The position numbers were made by a program, and so were the translations under genes. This document shows positions 26,235-37,017 of a DNA stretch of 51,520 nucleotides, piece by piece. Below the pieces are notes generated by a model that searched no databases, was not told where the DNA came from, and worked only from the letters and a program-made list of their open reading frames with translations. Source of the stretch: an uncultured Bacteroides sp. Lineage in GTDB: Bacteria; Bacteroidota; Bacteroidia; Bacteroidales; Bacteroidaceae. Within the stretch, counting starts at the first letter, position 1, and each line of letters starts with the position of its first letter. Location: contig CAZOKL010000001.1 in NCBI GenBank assembly GCA_964580305.1, positions 19,617 through 71,136 of the forward strand, read 5' to 3'.

Positions 26235-27500
26235 TTATGATGTGCTGTTTTCCAGTCCCTTGTCCATCTCCTTCAGCCGTTCGGCTTGGGAGGTGTCACC
26301 TTCGGCAAGCGCTTGTTGTTTTTCAACCTTCAGGTTGTTGTAACGGCTTACGCTCAAGATGATGCCGACGTAGACGCAGTTGATGATGGTCGATGTGCCA
26401 CCTCGGCTGATGAGGGGCAGAGGTTGTCCTGTGACGGGAAAGAGCCCGACAGCCACCATCATGTTGACCAGTGCCTGTGTGACGATGAGTAGTGCGATAC
26501 CAATGACCATCAGTGCAGGAAAGTCTTTGTCACACTTGTTGGCAATCTTGGCCGTGCGTATGAGCAGAATGATGTAGAGGGCGATAATGATGGCGCCGGG
26601 GATAAGGCCCAGCTCCTCGAGGATGATGGCAAAAATGAAATCCGAGTAGGCATGTGGCAGGAAATCGCGTGCCTTTGAGTTGCCCGGGCCGCGTCCGAGA
26701 ATATGCCCCGACGAAATGGCAATGTTGGCATGCCCCACTTGGTAGTTTTCCTTGCTTTGGATGTCAAACTCCTCAGGCGGGATGTTCTTATGTTCCTTAT
26801 CCCTGAAATCTGAGATACGTCCCTTCCACGTGGGGCCGCGTTTTTCCAATAAGGGGATTTTCTTTAGCGTTTCGTCAGGTGTCACCACAAGAAAGGCGCA
26901 GAAGAGTGCGCTTGCGACTATGAGTGCACCCGTCAGTTTGGCCATCTGGCGTAAGGGAACGTGACCAATAAGCATCATGAGGAAAACAACGAGACCCAAG
27001 ATAAGGGCAGTGGAGAGGTTTTCCGGTGCAATGAACACGAGTGTGAAGCCTGCAGGCCACAAAATGAACTTGATGGCTTTCGGTGAAGCCCCTTTATCTT
27101 CTTGGTGAATGGAAAGGAGGAGGGCAGTAGTGATGACCAATCCCATCTTGGCCAACTCAGAAGGCTGGAAAGTAATGCCGAAAAGGTTGAACCAGCGTGC
27201 ACCGTCGTTTTTTTCGACACCTAAGCCGCACAACAGCAAGATGAGGAATATACAGGAGATAAACAGCAACAGCGGGGCTAATTTGAACACACGCAGTGGG
27301 ATGAACTGCACGAACATGGCCAGCAGTGCTCCTCCGAAGAGAAACAGACTGTGGCGTCGGATGGGTGCCCAATAGTCGCCCGTGGCGAAAGACAGTGTGC
27401 TCGTCGCGCTGAACACTTCAATGATGGAGATGAAGCAAAGCAACATGAAAATGACCCACACCACTTTGTCGCCCTTGAAGAGATTCTTGATGAGTTCCAT
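26235..27500 (-). CDS. ftsW: Cell division SEDS protein FtsW
   Basis: GARW..FQPSELAK, LPHAYSDFIFAII.EELG, PVTGQPLPLISRGGTS; follows murD. Confidence 0.94.
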   Translation of the reverse strand: MELIKNLFKGDKVVWVIFMLLCFISIIEVFSATSTLSFATGDYWAPIRRHSLFLFGGALLAMFVQFIPLRVFKLAPLLLFISCIFLILLLCGLGVEKNDGARWFNLFGITFQPSELAKMGLVITTALLLSIHQEDKGASPKAIKFILWPAGFTLVFIAPENLSTALILGLVVFLMMLIGHVPLRQMAKLTGALIVASALFCAFLVVTPDETLKKIPLLEKRGPTWKGRISDFRDKEHKNIPPEEFDIQSKENYQVGHANIAISSGHILGRGPGNSKARDFLPHAYSDFIFAIILEELGLIPGAIIIALYIILLIRTAKIANKCDKDFPALMVIGIALLIVTQALVNMMVAVGLFPVTGQPLPLISRGGTSTIINCVYVGIILSVSRYNNLKVEKQQALAEGDTSQAERLKEMDKGLENSTS

Positions 27501-27505
27501 AAACG

Positions 27506-28858
27506 TCAGCAGTTGTTAGAGGGTGGTTGCAGAGTGCTTACGCAGGCTTTGAACTGGTCACCGCGGTCTTCATAACTTTTGAATAGGTCGAAGCTGGCAC
27601 AGCAAGGACTCAGCAGCACGGTGTCTCCCGGACGGGCCATACGGCGTGCAGCGTCGACAGCGTCGGCCATGCTTTGTACGTCGGCCACAGGTAATTCCAT
27701 TGGGTCGAAGAAGTCATGCAGTTTCTCGTTGTGCAGTCCCAAGTAGACCAGTGCGCGGCATTTCTCCTTCACCAGTTCCTTGATGTCGTTGTAGTCGTTG
27801 CCTTTGTCTTTTCCGCCTAGAATGAGCACCGTGGGTGTGGTCATGCTTTGCAGGGCATACCAGCAGGAGTTTATATTAGTAGCTTTGGAGTCGTTGATGT
27901 ATGTTACGCCATCCACAGTAGCTACCCGTTCCAATCGGTGTGGTACGCCTTTGAAGTCGCGCAGGGCTTCGCGAATGGTCTCCTTGCGAATACCTGCGAG
28001 GTTGGCCGAGATACCGGCTGCCATTGAGTTATAGAGGTTGTGCCTACCGGTGAGGGCAAGTTCCTCTTCCTCCATGTTGAAGGCGATAGGCTCGGTGAAG
28101 TAGAGCTTATTGTCCTCCGTATAAGCTATGACACCTTTTTCTTTCAGTTCAGAGAAGGGGCAGAGCTTGGCTTGCAAGCCATACTTCTTGAGCTCGCGCT
28201 GGATGATGGGGTCATCGTTCCAGAACACGAAAGCGTCGTCGTGTGTCTGGTTCTGAATGATGCGGAATTTGGCGTCAATGTAGTTTTGCATGTTGTGGTC
28301 GTAGCGGTCCAGGTGGTCGGGGGTGATGTTCATGAGCACGGCGATGTTGGCACGAAAGTTATACATGTTGTCCAACTGGAAGCTACTTAGTTCAATAACA
28401 TAATAGTCATAGTCTTTCTCAGCCACTTGCAGAGCAAGGCTCTGTCCGATGTTTCCCGCCAGTCCGACATTGAGTCCTGCACTGCGGAAGATGTGATAGA
28501 TGAGCGAGGTTGTGGTGGTCTTGCCATTGCTACCTGTGATGCAAATCATCTTGGCATGCGTATATCGTCCGGCAAACTCGATTTCAGAGATGATGGGTAT
28601 CCCCTTGGCTTTTGCTTTCAGCACTATGGGAGCGTCGTTGGGTATGCCTGGGCTCTTGATGATTTCGTCGGCATTGAGGATGCGGTCTTCAGTGTGGTGT
28701 CCTTCCTCCCACATGATGCCGTGTGAGTCGAGCTGCTGCTTATACTTATCTTTAATGGACGACATGTCCGATACGAACACGTCGAAGCCTTTCACCTTGG
28801 CTAAGACAGCTGCACCGGCTCCGCTTTCGCCGGCTCCTAAAATAACAATACGTTTCAT
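27506..28858 (-). CDS. murD: UDP-MurNAc-L-Ala--D-Glu ligase
   Basis: GAGESG, KSPGIP, ITGSNGKTTT, ELSSFQL, DHLDRY, NDSKATN, SPCCASFD. Confidence 0.97.
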   Translation of the reverse strand: MKRIVILGAGESGAGAAVLAKVKGFDVFVSDMSSIKDKYKQQLDSHGIMWEEGHHTEDRILNADEIIKSPGIPNDAPIVLKAKAKGIPIISEIEFAGRYTHAKMICITGSNGKTTTTSLIYHIFRSAGLNVGLAGNIGQSLALQVAEKDYDYYVIELSSFQLDNMYNFRANIAVLMNITPDHLDRYDHNMQNYIDAKFRIIQNQTHDDAFVFWNDDPIIQRELKKYGLQAKLCPFSELKEKGVIAYTEDNKLYFTEPIAFNMEEEELALTGRHNLYNSMAAGISANLAGIRKETIREALRDFKGVPHRLERVATVDGVTYINDSKATNINSCWYALQSMTTPTVLILGGKDKGNDYNDIKELVKEKCRALVYLGLHNEKLHDFFDPMELPVADVQSMADAVDAARRMARPGDTVLLSPCCASFDLFKSYEDRGDQFKACVSTLQPPSNNC

Positions 28859-28860
28859 CG

Positions 28861-30129
28861 TTATCTGATTTTAAGTGTAATTATGGTGATGGCCGCCAGC
28901 ACAATGGTTACAATCCAGAAACGAATCGTAATCTTTGACTCGTGGAACGCATTGGCCGGCTTTGTGAATACATAGTGGCAGTTGGGATCGAGCTGTGCGA
29001 AGGTCGTGCGAAAATGATCATGGATGGGGGTCCGCTTGAACAAGCGTTGCTTGATGCCTCGTTTCTTCCCGTTTTTGTAGTAACGCACCTGGAGGATGAC
29101 CGAAAGGTTTTCCACCAAAAAGACCCCGCAGAGGATGGGAATGAGCAGTTCCTTGTGTATGATGATGGCAAACACGGCAATGATGCCACCGATGGTCAGG
29201 CTTCCTGTGTCGCCCATGAAAATTTGGGCAGGGTAGGCATTATACCACAAGAAACCGATCAGAGCACCGATGAAGGCACAGATGAAGATGACCAGTTCCT
29301 CGCTGCCCGGTATATACATTATATTAAGATAGCCTGCGTATTCGATGTGACTCGACACGTAGGCCAATATGCCCAGTGTTACGCCAATGATGGCAGAATT
29401 TCCGGCTGCCATGCCGTCCATGCCGTCGTTCAGGTTGGCTCCGTTTGATACGGCTGTAACCACAAAAATGGTCACTAAGGCAAAGAGAATCCAACCTGCA
29501 GTCTCTTTATGCTTGCCCATGAATCCAACGATGTCAGCGTAGTCCAAATTGTTGTTTTTGAAGAAAGGTATGGTGGTTTGTGTAGATTTCTCTGCCTCGC
29601 TCTTATGCACAATAGCCACAGTGTTGTTGTGTTGTGTTGTCTCGATGTTTTTACGGATAACCACGTCCGGACTCAAGTAGAGAGTGAGCCCGACAATAAG
29701 TCCTAAACCTACCTGTCCGACAATCTTGAATTTGCCGTGCAAGCCTTCCTTGTCATGCTTGAACACTTTGATATAGTCGTCCAAGAAACCAAGTGTACCC
29801 AGCCATACGGTGGTGATGAGCATCAGTATCATATAGATATTGTGCAACTTCCCGAGCAGAAGACACGGGATAAGGATGGCCACGATGATGATAATCCCCC
29901 CCATCGTGGGTACACCCACTTTGTTCGTGTTGAACGGGTCGATGCTGGCGTCTCGCTGTGTCTCTGAGATTTGCTTCCGTTTCAGCAGGGAAATGAAATA
30001 TTGACCAAAAATGGCGGAGATGAGCAGTGCCAGAATGATGGCCATGAGCGAGCGGAATGACACATAGCCGAACATGCGTGCTCCCGGGAAATTGAGTTTT
30101 TCCAGATAGTTGAATAAATAGTAGAGCAT
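28861..30129 (-). CDS. mraY: Phospho-MurNAc-pentapeptide transferase
   Basis: PTMGG, GFLDDY, NLNDGMDG, FMGDTGSL, PIHDHF. Confidence 0.97.
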   Translation of the reverse strand: MLYYLFNYLEKLNFPGARMFGYVSFRSLMAIILALLISAIFGQYFISLLKRKQISETQRDASIDPFNTNKVGVPTMGGIIIIVAILIPCLLLGKLHNIYMILMLITTVWLGTLGFLDDYIKVFKHDKEGLHGKFKIVGQVGLGLIVGLTLYLSPDVVIRKNIETTQHNNTVAIVHKSEAEKSTQTTIPFFKNNNLDYADIVGFMGKHKETAGWILFALVTIFVVTAVSNGANLNDGMDGMAAGNSAIIGVTLGILAYVSSHIEYAGYLNIMYIPGSEELVIFICAFIGALIGFLWYNAYPAQIFMGDTGSLTIGGIIAVFAIIIHKELLIPILCGVFLVENLSVILQVRYYKNGKKRGIKQRLFKRTPIHDHFRTTFAQLDPNCHYVFTKPANAFHESKITIRFWIVTIVLAAITIITLKIR

Positions 30130-30157
30130 GAACCGTTAGTTAAAGGTTTAGTTATAT

Positions 30158-31609
30158 TCAGTTTGCAAATATGTCACGGATGACTTCCCGGTCATCGAAG
30201 TGGTGTTTCACACCTTTGATTTCTTGATAGTCTTCATGTCCTTTTCCCGCCACCAGAACGACATCGCCCGGCTGGGCTAGCATGCATGCCATGCGGATGG
30301 CCTCGCGACGGTCGGCGATGGCAAGTGTCTTCTTTTTGTCTTCGGCTGTCAGTCCGGCCAGCATGTCGTCGATAATGGCCTGGGGATCTTCGAAACGAGG
30401 ATTGTCAGAAGTGATTAGAAGGCGGTCGCTTTGCTTTGCCGCTTCTTGTGCCATGAGGGGGCGTTTCCCCTTGTCACGGTTGCCTCCAGCGCCGACCACG
30501 GTGATGACTTGTCCACGTCCGCGAAGCACTTCATGGATGGCATTCAGCACATTTCCCAATGCATCGGGCGTGTGGGCATAGTCCACGATGGCCGTGTAGC
30601 CGCTTGGTGAGCGCATGGAGTCAAATCGGCCGGCCACCGGGCGCAGAAGGCTCAGTGCCACGAGTACGTCTTCCGGCTTTTGTCCGAGAAGGACGGCTGC
30701 TCCGTAGACAGCCAAGAGATTGGACGCATTGAAGCGGCCGATGAATTGTACGTTTACTTCCGTGCCATTGATGTCGAGCAGCATGCCTTCAAAACCGTCT
30801 TCCAACACTTTTCCTTGGAAGTCTGCCAGACTGCGAAGTGAATAGGCCGCAATCCGGGCACGAGTGTTCTGCACCATGACATTTCCATTACGGTCATCGG
30901 CATTGATGAGAGCAAAGGCTGTCTTGGGAAGTTCGTCGAAGAAGGCTTTCTTTGCTTTCAGATAGTTCTCGAATATCTTATGATAGTCCAGATGGTCGCG
31001 TGTCAGGTTGGTAAAGATGCCCCCGGCGAATTGCAGCCCTCCGATACGTTTTTGAACTACGGAGTGCGAGCTCACTTCCATGAAGACATATTGGCAGCCC
31101 GCATCGGCCATGCGTCCCAGCAGTGAATTTAGCGTGATGGGGTCAGGGGTTGTATGATCGGTGGGAATGGCTTCGCCATCGATGTAATTGCACACAGTCG
31201 AGAGTAGTCCTGCTTTATAGCCGAAATGGCGGAACATATTATATAATAAGGTAGCAATGGTCGTCTTGCCGTTCGTTCCGGTCACGCCCACCAGTTTCAG
31301 TCTTGACGTAGGATGGCCATAGAAAGTGGTAGCCACTTGCCCTACGACGTCTTCGGTGTTGTCCACTTGCACATAGGTCACGCCTTCATTCAGTGTGTCG
31401 GGCAGAGTCTCGCACAGGATGGCTGCAGCCCCTTGGCTGATGGCTTTACCGATGTAGGAGTGTCCGTCAGCTTGAGTGCCACGCAGGGCGACAAACAGAT
31501 GTCCCGGTTCGATTCGGCGTGAGTCGATGTTTACGCCCGTGATGTTGCATTGTCGGTCGCCCGTCAGGTTCTTTATCTTGATATCTTTAATCAGTATCTC
31601 CAGTTTCAT
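30158..31609 (-). CDS. murE: UDP-MurNAc-dipeptide--2,6-diaminopimelate ligase
   Basis: [38 protein letters not shown] (mDAP specificity), GKGHE. Confidence 0.97.
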   Translation of the reverse strand: MKLEILIKDIKIKNLTGDRQCNITGVNIDSRRIEPGHLFVALRGTQADGHSYIGKAISQGAAAILCETLPDTLNEGVTYVQVDNTEDVVGQVATTFYGHPTSRLKLVGVTGTNGKTTIATLLYNMFRHFGYKAGLLSTVCNYIDGEAIPTDHTTPDPITLNSLLGRMADAGCQYVFMEVSSHSVVQKRIGGLQFAGGIFTNLTRDHLDYHKIFENYLKAKKAFFDELPKTAFALINADDRNGNVMVQNTRARIAAYSLRSLADFQGKVLEDGFEGMLLDINGTEVNVQFIGRFNASNLLAVYGAAVLLGQKPEDVLVALSLLRPVAGRFDSMRSPSGYTAIVDYAHTPDALGNVLNAIHEVLRGRGQVITVVGAGGNRDKGKRPLMAQEAAKQSDRLLITSDNPRFEDPQAIIDDMLAGLTAEDKKKTLAIADRREAIRMACMLAQPGDVVLVAGKGHEDYQEIKGVKHHFDDREVIRDIFAN

Positions 31610-31641
31610 AAGACTGTATTATTTTTTAAAGTTCACTTTGT

Positions 31642-33810
31642 TCAGTTCCTTAATTGCAGTGTAATGCTTCGTCCTTTCACGATTGTGCTTCCGGGAGGCA
31701 GACTTTGCCAATAGACCTGGCCTATGCCTTCCAGGCGGACGTGCAGTCCGGCTTGTTCAAGAATGTAGACAGCATCTTTGGCTCCCATGCCTTTCACGTC
31801 AGGAACAAGTCCTTTGGAGAACTCTCTGGGCTGTAGTCTCACAGCATCAGACTCGTGTGTCGCTTTTCCCCATTCAGAGGCTTCATCCAAATCTGCACTG
31901 CACACCATTTTTATGTCCAGCGCGTTTAGCACATGGGCCGCTTCGTTCAGGTTGCCATTTTTCACGGTAGGAATAACGACAGAGGTAGAGTCGATGGCAT
32001 CTTCCAGATTCAGTGTCAGATCCTTGGCATAGACGCGTTCGGCGATGCGACTGAACACACTGCCCGCCATCAGACCTCCGGATGCTGGCCCATGAGGGAT
32101 TCTGATGGACACAATGCAACTGTATTTCGGATGTTCGGATGGGAAATATCCGCAGAAACTAACCAGATATTGCACTGTGCTCGATTTGTATCCTTTGTTT
32201 CCTTGCGCCACTTGTGCCGTGCCCGTCTTGCCCGACACATTGAACTGCTTGCTTCCCGCCGGTTTGGCCAAACCTTGACTGACCACTCGTCGGAGGATGG
32301 TGTGTATCCACATAAGTGTGGTGTCGGAGCATATTTTCGGGTTGATGACTTCCACGGGATATTGCTCCACGACTTTGCCGTCGCGCACAGCTTCTGTCAC
32401 GAAACGCGGACGCACCATTTTTCCGCCGTTGGCAATGGCATTATAGAATGTCAGGATGTTTATGGGGGGAATCATGGTTTCATAACCGATGCTCATCCAC
32501 GGGAGTGTCGTGCCTGCAAAATACTTCTCTTTCGGCCCCCGAATGTTGGGTTTGCCTTCGCCGGGCACTTGCAGGTGAAGGGGCTGGTCGAGGCTCATGC
32601 GCTTCAGCCCGTCAACATACTTTTGAGGGTCGTTATGGTAAAAGCGGTCGATGATGTAGGACACGCCTATGTTTGATGACACTTCGAGGATGCGGCTTAC
32701 GTTTATCTTTCCGTAGCCGCCATTGCGCCAGTTATGGTCACGCATGATGCCTCCATGCATGGGCATGACGCCATTGCCCGTGTCCACTTCGTAGTCTGGT
32801 GTGATGTAACCATCGTCCATGGCCACCATGATGGAGGCTGTCTTGAAAGTGGAGCCGGGCTCCATCATGGCACCCACGGCCCAGTTGTCTTTTTCCACAT
32901 AGACGCTGTCGTGCGTCCGTGTCAGGTTAACGATGGCCTTCACGTCGCCCGTGGCTACTTCCATCAGGACGGCTGTTCCCCAAAGGGCGTTGATTTCCTT
33001 CAGCTTGTCATACAAGGCTTTTTCGGCAATGTCCTGCATGTCTACGTCGATGGTGCTGATGATGTCACACCCTTCTTCCGGCTGACGGTCGACGATGGGC
33101 AACTGGTCGTGATTCATCACCTTTTGCTTGTGGGCCACACCGGGCCTGCCGCGCAGCAGGGAGTCGAACGAGAGTTCCAGACCGCTGATGGCAGAATCTT
33201 TGGAGGGGTGCATCTCACCTAGTGTGCGTCGTGCCAGCGAACCGAAAGGCTTTTTGCGCCGGTTGAACGATTGATTTACAAGGCCACAGGTGCTCTTCCC
33301 GAGGTAAGACTGGAGGAGTTGCTTCACCTCCTGATATTTTGTGTAGGAAATGCGATTGGGATAGAGCTGGTGATATTGGCTTTTTTTCTGCATTCCCTTC
33401 TTGATGACATTCTTGAACTCGCGTGTGCTCCGGTCGGGGAGCAACTTGTGCAATCCTGTGCTTATGTCATCCAGGTGAGCAGTGATTAGTTTGTTTTTTT
33501 CGGCCACCAGTTTCTCGTCCAAAACAGGCTTGTTTGATGAGTCTCTTTTCCAGCATCCCGCCAGGAAATCCATGTAGATTTTAAATTCCGGCAGACTGCT
33601 GGCCATGAGTTGCCCGTCGGCAGAGAGAATGTTGCCCCGCACGGCCGGCACAGTGACGTTGTTTGTCACTAGACGTTTGGCCACGACTTGCCAGTAGTCA
33701 TGTTCGGCAAACATGATGATACCTCCCTTCACGATGATGGATATGCCAACCACGATCATGATGGCGATGAGGCAGAAGTAACGTCGCATGATATTCTTGT
33801 GCTTGGCCAT
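31642..33810 (-). CDS. ftsI: Class B penicillin-binding protein FtsI with C-terminal PASTA domain
   Basis: RGNI, EPGSTFK (SxxK), SSN, KTG; C-terminal VPDVKGM PASTA; position in dcw cluster. Confidence 0.94.
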   Translation of the reverse strand: MAKHKNIMRRYFCLIAIMIVVGISIIVKGGIIMFAEHDYWQVVAKRLVTNNVTVPAVRGNILSADGQLMASSLPEFKIYMDFLAGCWKRDSSNKPVLDEKLVAEKNKLITAHLDDISTGLHKLLPDRSTREFKNVIKKGMQKKSQYHQLYPNRISYTKYQEVKQLLQSYLGKSTCGLVNQSFNRRKKPFGSLARRTLGEMHPSKDSAISGLELSFDSLLRGRPGVAHKQKVMNHDQLPIVDRQPEEGCDIISTIDVDMQDIAEKALYDKLKEINALWGTAVLMEVATGDVKAIVNLTRTHDSVYVEKDNWAVGAMMEPGSTFKTASIMVAMDDGYITPDYEVDTGNGVMPMHGGIMRDHNWRNGGYGKINVSRILEVSSNIGVSYIIDRFYHNDPQKYVDGLKRMSLDQPLHLQVPGEGKPNIRGPKEKYFAGTTLPWMSIGYETMIPPINILTFYNAIANGGKMVRPRFVTEAVRDGKVVEQYPVEVINPKICSDTTLMWIHTILRRVVSQGLAKPAGSKQFNVSGKTGTAQVAQGNKGYKSSTVQYLVSFCGYFPSEHPKYSCIVSIRIPHGPASGGLMAGSVFSRIAERVYAKDLTLNLEDAIDSTSVVIPTVKNGNLNEAAHVLNALDIKMVCSADLDEASEWGKATHESDAVRLQPREFSKGLVPDVKGMGAKDAVYILEQAGLHVRLEGIGQVYWQSLPPGSTIVKGRSITLQLRN

Positions 33811-33813
33811 GGG

Positions 33814-34233
33814 TCACTTGATTAAGTATGGAGGGTTGGTTGATGTCTGAAGGTCACTCTTTTCTCGCGACACATATTCTTCGATTTTCGACTGGCGGCT
33901 TCTTTCCGTCAGCTCTGAAGAGCGTGTGAGTGCGTTATATTTCATGTTGGTCAGCTCCTTCTTCAGACGGTCGATTTCGATAAGTTGCTGCTGGCAGGCA
34001 TAGCGGTTGCCGATGTAGAGGATGGCACATATCACCAACTCTATCAGCAGCCAGAACTGACGCTGGAAAAATTTATGGGTCAGAATCTCGCCTCCCAGGA
34101 AGTATTTTACAAATAGTTTGAGCGACAACTGCTCAGGCTGTTCCTTTGCCTCAGTCTCAGTCTCTTGCTCCGGAGCTGCTTGAGGTGTGGCGGTTTCGGG
34201 TATGTCTGTGTTCTTTCTTTCTTCTTCTTCCAT
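33814..34233 (-). CDS. ftsL: FtsL-like cell division protein
   Basis: Single TM followed by coiled coil, YIGNRY and SRQS motifs; between rsmH and ftsI. Confidence 0.85.
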   Translation of the reverse strand: MEEEERKNTDIPETATPQAAPEQETETEAKEQPEQLSLKLFVKYFLGGEILTHKFFQRQFWLLIELVICAILYIGNRYACQQQLIEIDRLKKELTNMKYNALTRSSELTERSRQSKIEEYVSREKSDLQTSTNPPYLIK

Positions 34234-34245
34234 AAGGCATGTTGT

Positions 34246-35157
34246 TTAGTTCTTTTCCGCAATTCGGAGCTTGGCGCTGCGTGAGCGAGGGTTGCGTAGC
34301 TGTTCGTCATCGTCGGGGATGATGACTTTGTTGTTTACAAGACGGAATGGTGTCTGCACGTTGCCGAAAAAGTCCTTTTCCATGCGTCCTTCCGTGTTTC
34401 CCGTTTTCATGAGGTTTTTCACCATGCGGTCTTCCAACGAGTGGTAGGTGATGACCACCAGCCGTCCGCCGGGTTTCAGCACCCGTACAGCGTCGGTCAG
34501 CATCTCCTTCAAGGCTTCCATCTCCTGATTCACTTCGATGCGCAGGGCCTGGAATGCCTTGGCCAGCTCTTTCTTCTCGCGCTCGCGACCGAAGAGTGGG
34601 CGCACAACGGTGAGAAAGTCGTCAATCGTGGTGAAGGGCGTGCGTGTGCGTGCCTTCACCAGCGTGGAAGCCAGTTTGCGGCTGTTTTTCAGCTCTCCAT
34701 AGAGACGGAAGATGTCGGCCAACCGCTCTTCGGCATACGTGTTGACTACGTCGGCGGCCGTGAGGCCTGAACGCTTGTTCATGCGCATGTCCAGCTTCCC
34801 TTCGAAACGGAAGGAGAATCCCCGCTCACTGTCGTCGAAATGATGGGAAGACACGCCCAAGTCTGCCAGAATGCCGTCCACCTCCTCGTGGCCATAGTAA
34901 CGCAGAAAGTTGCGCAAGTAGCGAAAGTTGCTGCGCACGAAAGTGAAGCGCGGGTCGTCAATGATGTTTTGCTCGGCATCCTCGTCCTGGTCGAAACCGT
35001 AGAGACGAGCCGTGCTGTCCATACACTTCAGTATCTCGCGTGAATGTCCGCCCCCTCCGAAGGTCACGTCCACATACACGCCTCCGGGTCGGATGTTCAT
35101 GCTGTCCACACTGGAATGGAGCAGGACGGGCACATGATAGACTTTGTCTGCATTCAT
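34246..35157 (-). CDS. rsmH: 16S rRNA m4C1402 methyltransferase
   Basis: HVPVLL, DVTFGGGGHS, DLGVSS, LDMRM, FQALRIEVN, YHSLEDR, NPRSRSAKLR; start at ATG 35157 (MNADKVYHVPV), the 70-codon upstream extension judged non-coding. Confidence 0.96.
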   Translation of the reverse strand: MNADKVYHVPVLLHSSVDSMNIRPGGVYVDVTFGGGGHSREILKCMDSTARLYGFDQDEDAEQNIIDDPRFTFVRSNFRYLRNFLRYYGHEEVDGILADLGVSSHHFDDSERGFSFRFEGKLDMRMNKRSGLTAADVVNTYAEERLADIFRLYGELKNSRKLASTLVKARTRTPFTTIDDFLTVVRPLFGREREKKELAKAFQALRIEVNQEMEALKEMLTDAVRVLKPGGRLVVITYHSLEDRMVKNLMKTGNTEGRMEKDFFGNVQTPFRLVNNKVIIPDDDEQLRNPRSRSAKLRIAEKN

Positions 35158-35395
35158 TTTCTTGGCTGTCGTTGAAAAAAGTAAGGGCATGAGCGTCAGG
35201 GCTGTGTGCGTGTGCGTTACCGTCTCGTTTCCCAGACTGTTCTCAGTGCTGAATTTTGTGTGTAAAAATACATAATTCCTGAGTATCGTGTACTTTATTT
35301 TGTGAAAAACCTGCGAATTAGTTTTCAACACGATGTTGATAAGGCCTATCTCTTGAGTGTGAGGCACTTCCGTGGGGCATAATTGGGAGCTTGCA

Positions 35396-35475
35396 CGGAA
35401 AGGAGAGCAGGCAAACGCGGAAAGGAAGGCGGGTGGGGACGGAAAGGAGGGTAGGCAGGTGCGGAAAAGAGGGTG
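35396..35475 (+). repeat. 22-bp periodic tandem array D (4 units)
   Basis: Cores at 35396 CGGAAAGGAGAGCA, 35418 CGGAAAGGAAGGCG, 35440 CGGAAAGGAGGGTA, 35462 CGGAAAAGAGGGTG. Confidence 0.92.
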
Positions 35476-35519
35476 CCCGCATGCGTGTGGAAAGATGGAT
35501 GCGGATACCCTCCGTTGTG

Positions 35520-36182
35520 TTATTGCACTTTGTAAATATTCATCTCATCCTGAAAATCCTGAAGGATGTTGAACAGGTCTTGTTCGCCTGCCTTGCGTGC
35601 CTTGATGACCATTGTCACCTGATAGGTCGTGGCGCGTTCATGGTTCACTTGCTCCATTTCGTAGGAAGCAATGATGAAACCGCTGGCCAGAAGACGTTCG
35701 CGCACGGCATTCACCACTTCGCGCCGTGAGGTGGAAAACTCTATGTAGGAGCTTTTCATGCCGATGCTTTTGAACAAGTAGCTGAGCACCTCCAGACCCA
35801 CGAGGGTGAGTACTGCGGCCGATATGCCCAGCCAGTACATGCCTGCACCAATGGTCATGCCGATGCCAGCCGTGGCCCAGATGCCTGCAGCCGTGGTCAG
35901 TCCGCGCACGATTTGTTTCTGGAAGATGATGGTGCCCGCACCGATGAAACCTATACCCGTTACCACCTGTGAGGCGATGCGGCTTGGGTCAAGGTTGACG
36001 CCCGGCTCTCCAATCAGTGCGTCGAAGCCGAATTGAGAGACAATCATGAGCAGCGCGCTGCCCAGCGATACGAGGAAATGGGTGCGATAGCCGGCTTCCT
36101 TGGCGCGATATTCGCGATCCAGTCCGATGAGTGCGCCCAATACGCCGGCCAAGAAGAGGCGGAAGATGAATTCTAATATCAT
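35520..36182 (-). CDS. MgtC/SapB family membrane protein
   Basis: IGLDRE..AGYRTH.LV, DPSRIASQVVTGIGFIGAG, GLTTAAGIW; start at ATG 36182 because -7 TATCTTTG lies at 36205-36212. Confidence 0.92.
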   Translation of the reverse strand: MILEFIFRLFLAGVLGALIGLDREYRAKEAGYRTHFLVSLGSALLMIVSQFGFDALIGEPGVNLDPSRIASQVVTGIGFIGAGTIIFQKQIVRGLTTAAGIWATAGIGMTIGAGMYWLGISAAVLTLVGLEVLSYLFKSIGMKSSYIEFSTSRREVVNAVRERLLASGFIIASYEMEQVNHERATTYQVTMVIKARKAGEQDLFNILQDFQDEMNIYKVQ

Positions 36183-36299
36183 AGCCTTATGGTTTATTTG
36201 TGCCCAAAGATACGACAAACCTTCTGTCGGCCGTTCTGTTTCAGGGCGTTTTTTGGGACTCTGATTGTCGAATATTGTCTTCTTTTGCGGATAGGCAGT

Positions 36300-36887
36300 T
36301 CAGATGGATTGTCCTTTGAACACGCTGGACTCTTCCGTGGGTATCAGCTCGCCAATCAGCGTGATGTTGTTGGAATGGAAGTTCGGATAGATAGTGGCTG
36401 AGGCTTTGTTGCTCCCTTTGATTAGCGAGATGCTCACCCGTGCCGACAGCACCACGCCTATGACGCTCATGGTGAAGGTCACATTGCCACGTTTGTCTGT
36501 TTCCATTTTGATGTTTGAAGCCCTTCCGTCCAACGTGATACCGCCCACACCGTTCGGTCCGCCGCTATAGAAGGGTGCCACTTGAACGGTTGCATACTCG
36601 TCGTGCAGTGAGATGAAGTTGGTTGTGGCACTGACAAAGGCTGTGTTGCCGCGCTTGAATTGCAGTTGTTTGGCCTCCAGCACGAAATCAAGTCCTTCCA
36701 GCGCTTTCACTGCCCGGACAAAGTTCAAGGAGTCAAGTTTGGCTTCCATCTGCTTACGCTGTTGGCGTTCATTCTGCCGGCTTTCACTCATGTTTTCCTG
36801 TTCGGAGCGTGTGTAGATTCGTTTTTCGGTTTGCGCCCATGCTGCCGTGCTGCACATCAGCATGAGCAAGAATAGCATTTTTTTCAT
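36300..36887 (-). CDS. Exported protein, DUF4251-like
   Basis: Signal peptide (AWA), FVLEA..L, TNFI, GPNGVGGIT.DG motif. Confidence 0.75.
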   Translation of the reverse strand: MKKMLFLLMLMCSTAAWAQTEKRIYTRSEQENMSESRQNERQQRKQMEAKLDSLNFVRAVKALEGLDFVLEAKQLQFKRGNTAFVSATTNFISLHDEYATVQVAPFYSGGPNGVGGITLDGRASNIKMETDKRGNVTFTMSVIGVVLSARVSISLIKGSNKASATIYPNFHSNNITLIGELIPTEESSVFKGQSI

Positions 36888-37017
36888 AAGTCTTTGTTTT
36901 TTGTGTGTTATACAAATAAAGCAATGTTTTGCCGGAAACGGCTCGTCCGAAAACGAAGTTTATTGGTTTTTAATTCATTGATAACATTTCTGTTAAACCC
37001 TGTATAAAGCACTCCGG

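Noticed and set aside
35158-35367. 70-aa N-terminal extension of RsmH or an mraZ remnant
   Set aside because: No MraZ motifs (DxKGR); AT-rich promoter-like sequence; RsmH homology starts at MNADKVYHVPV.
35360-35388. TGAGG/TGGGG/TGGGA as relic MraZ boxes
   Set aside because: Spacing is irregular (13 and 11 nt) and matches are too short to support.
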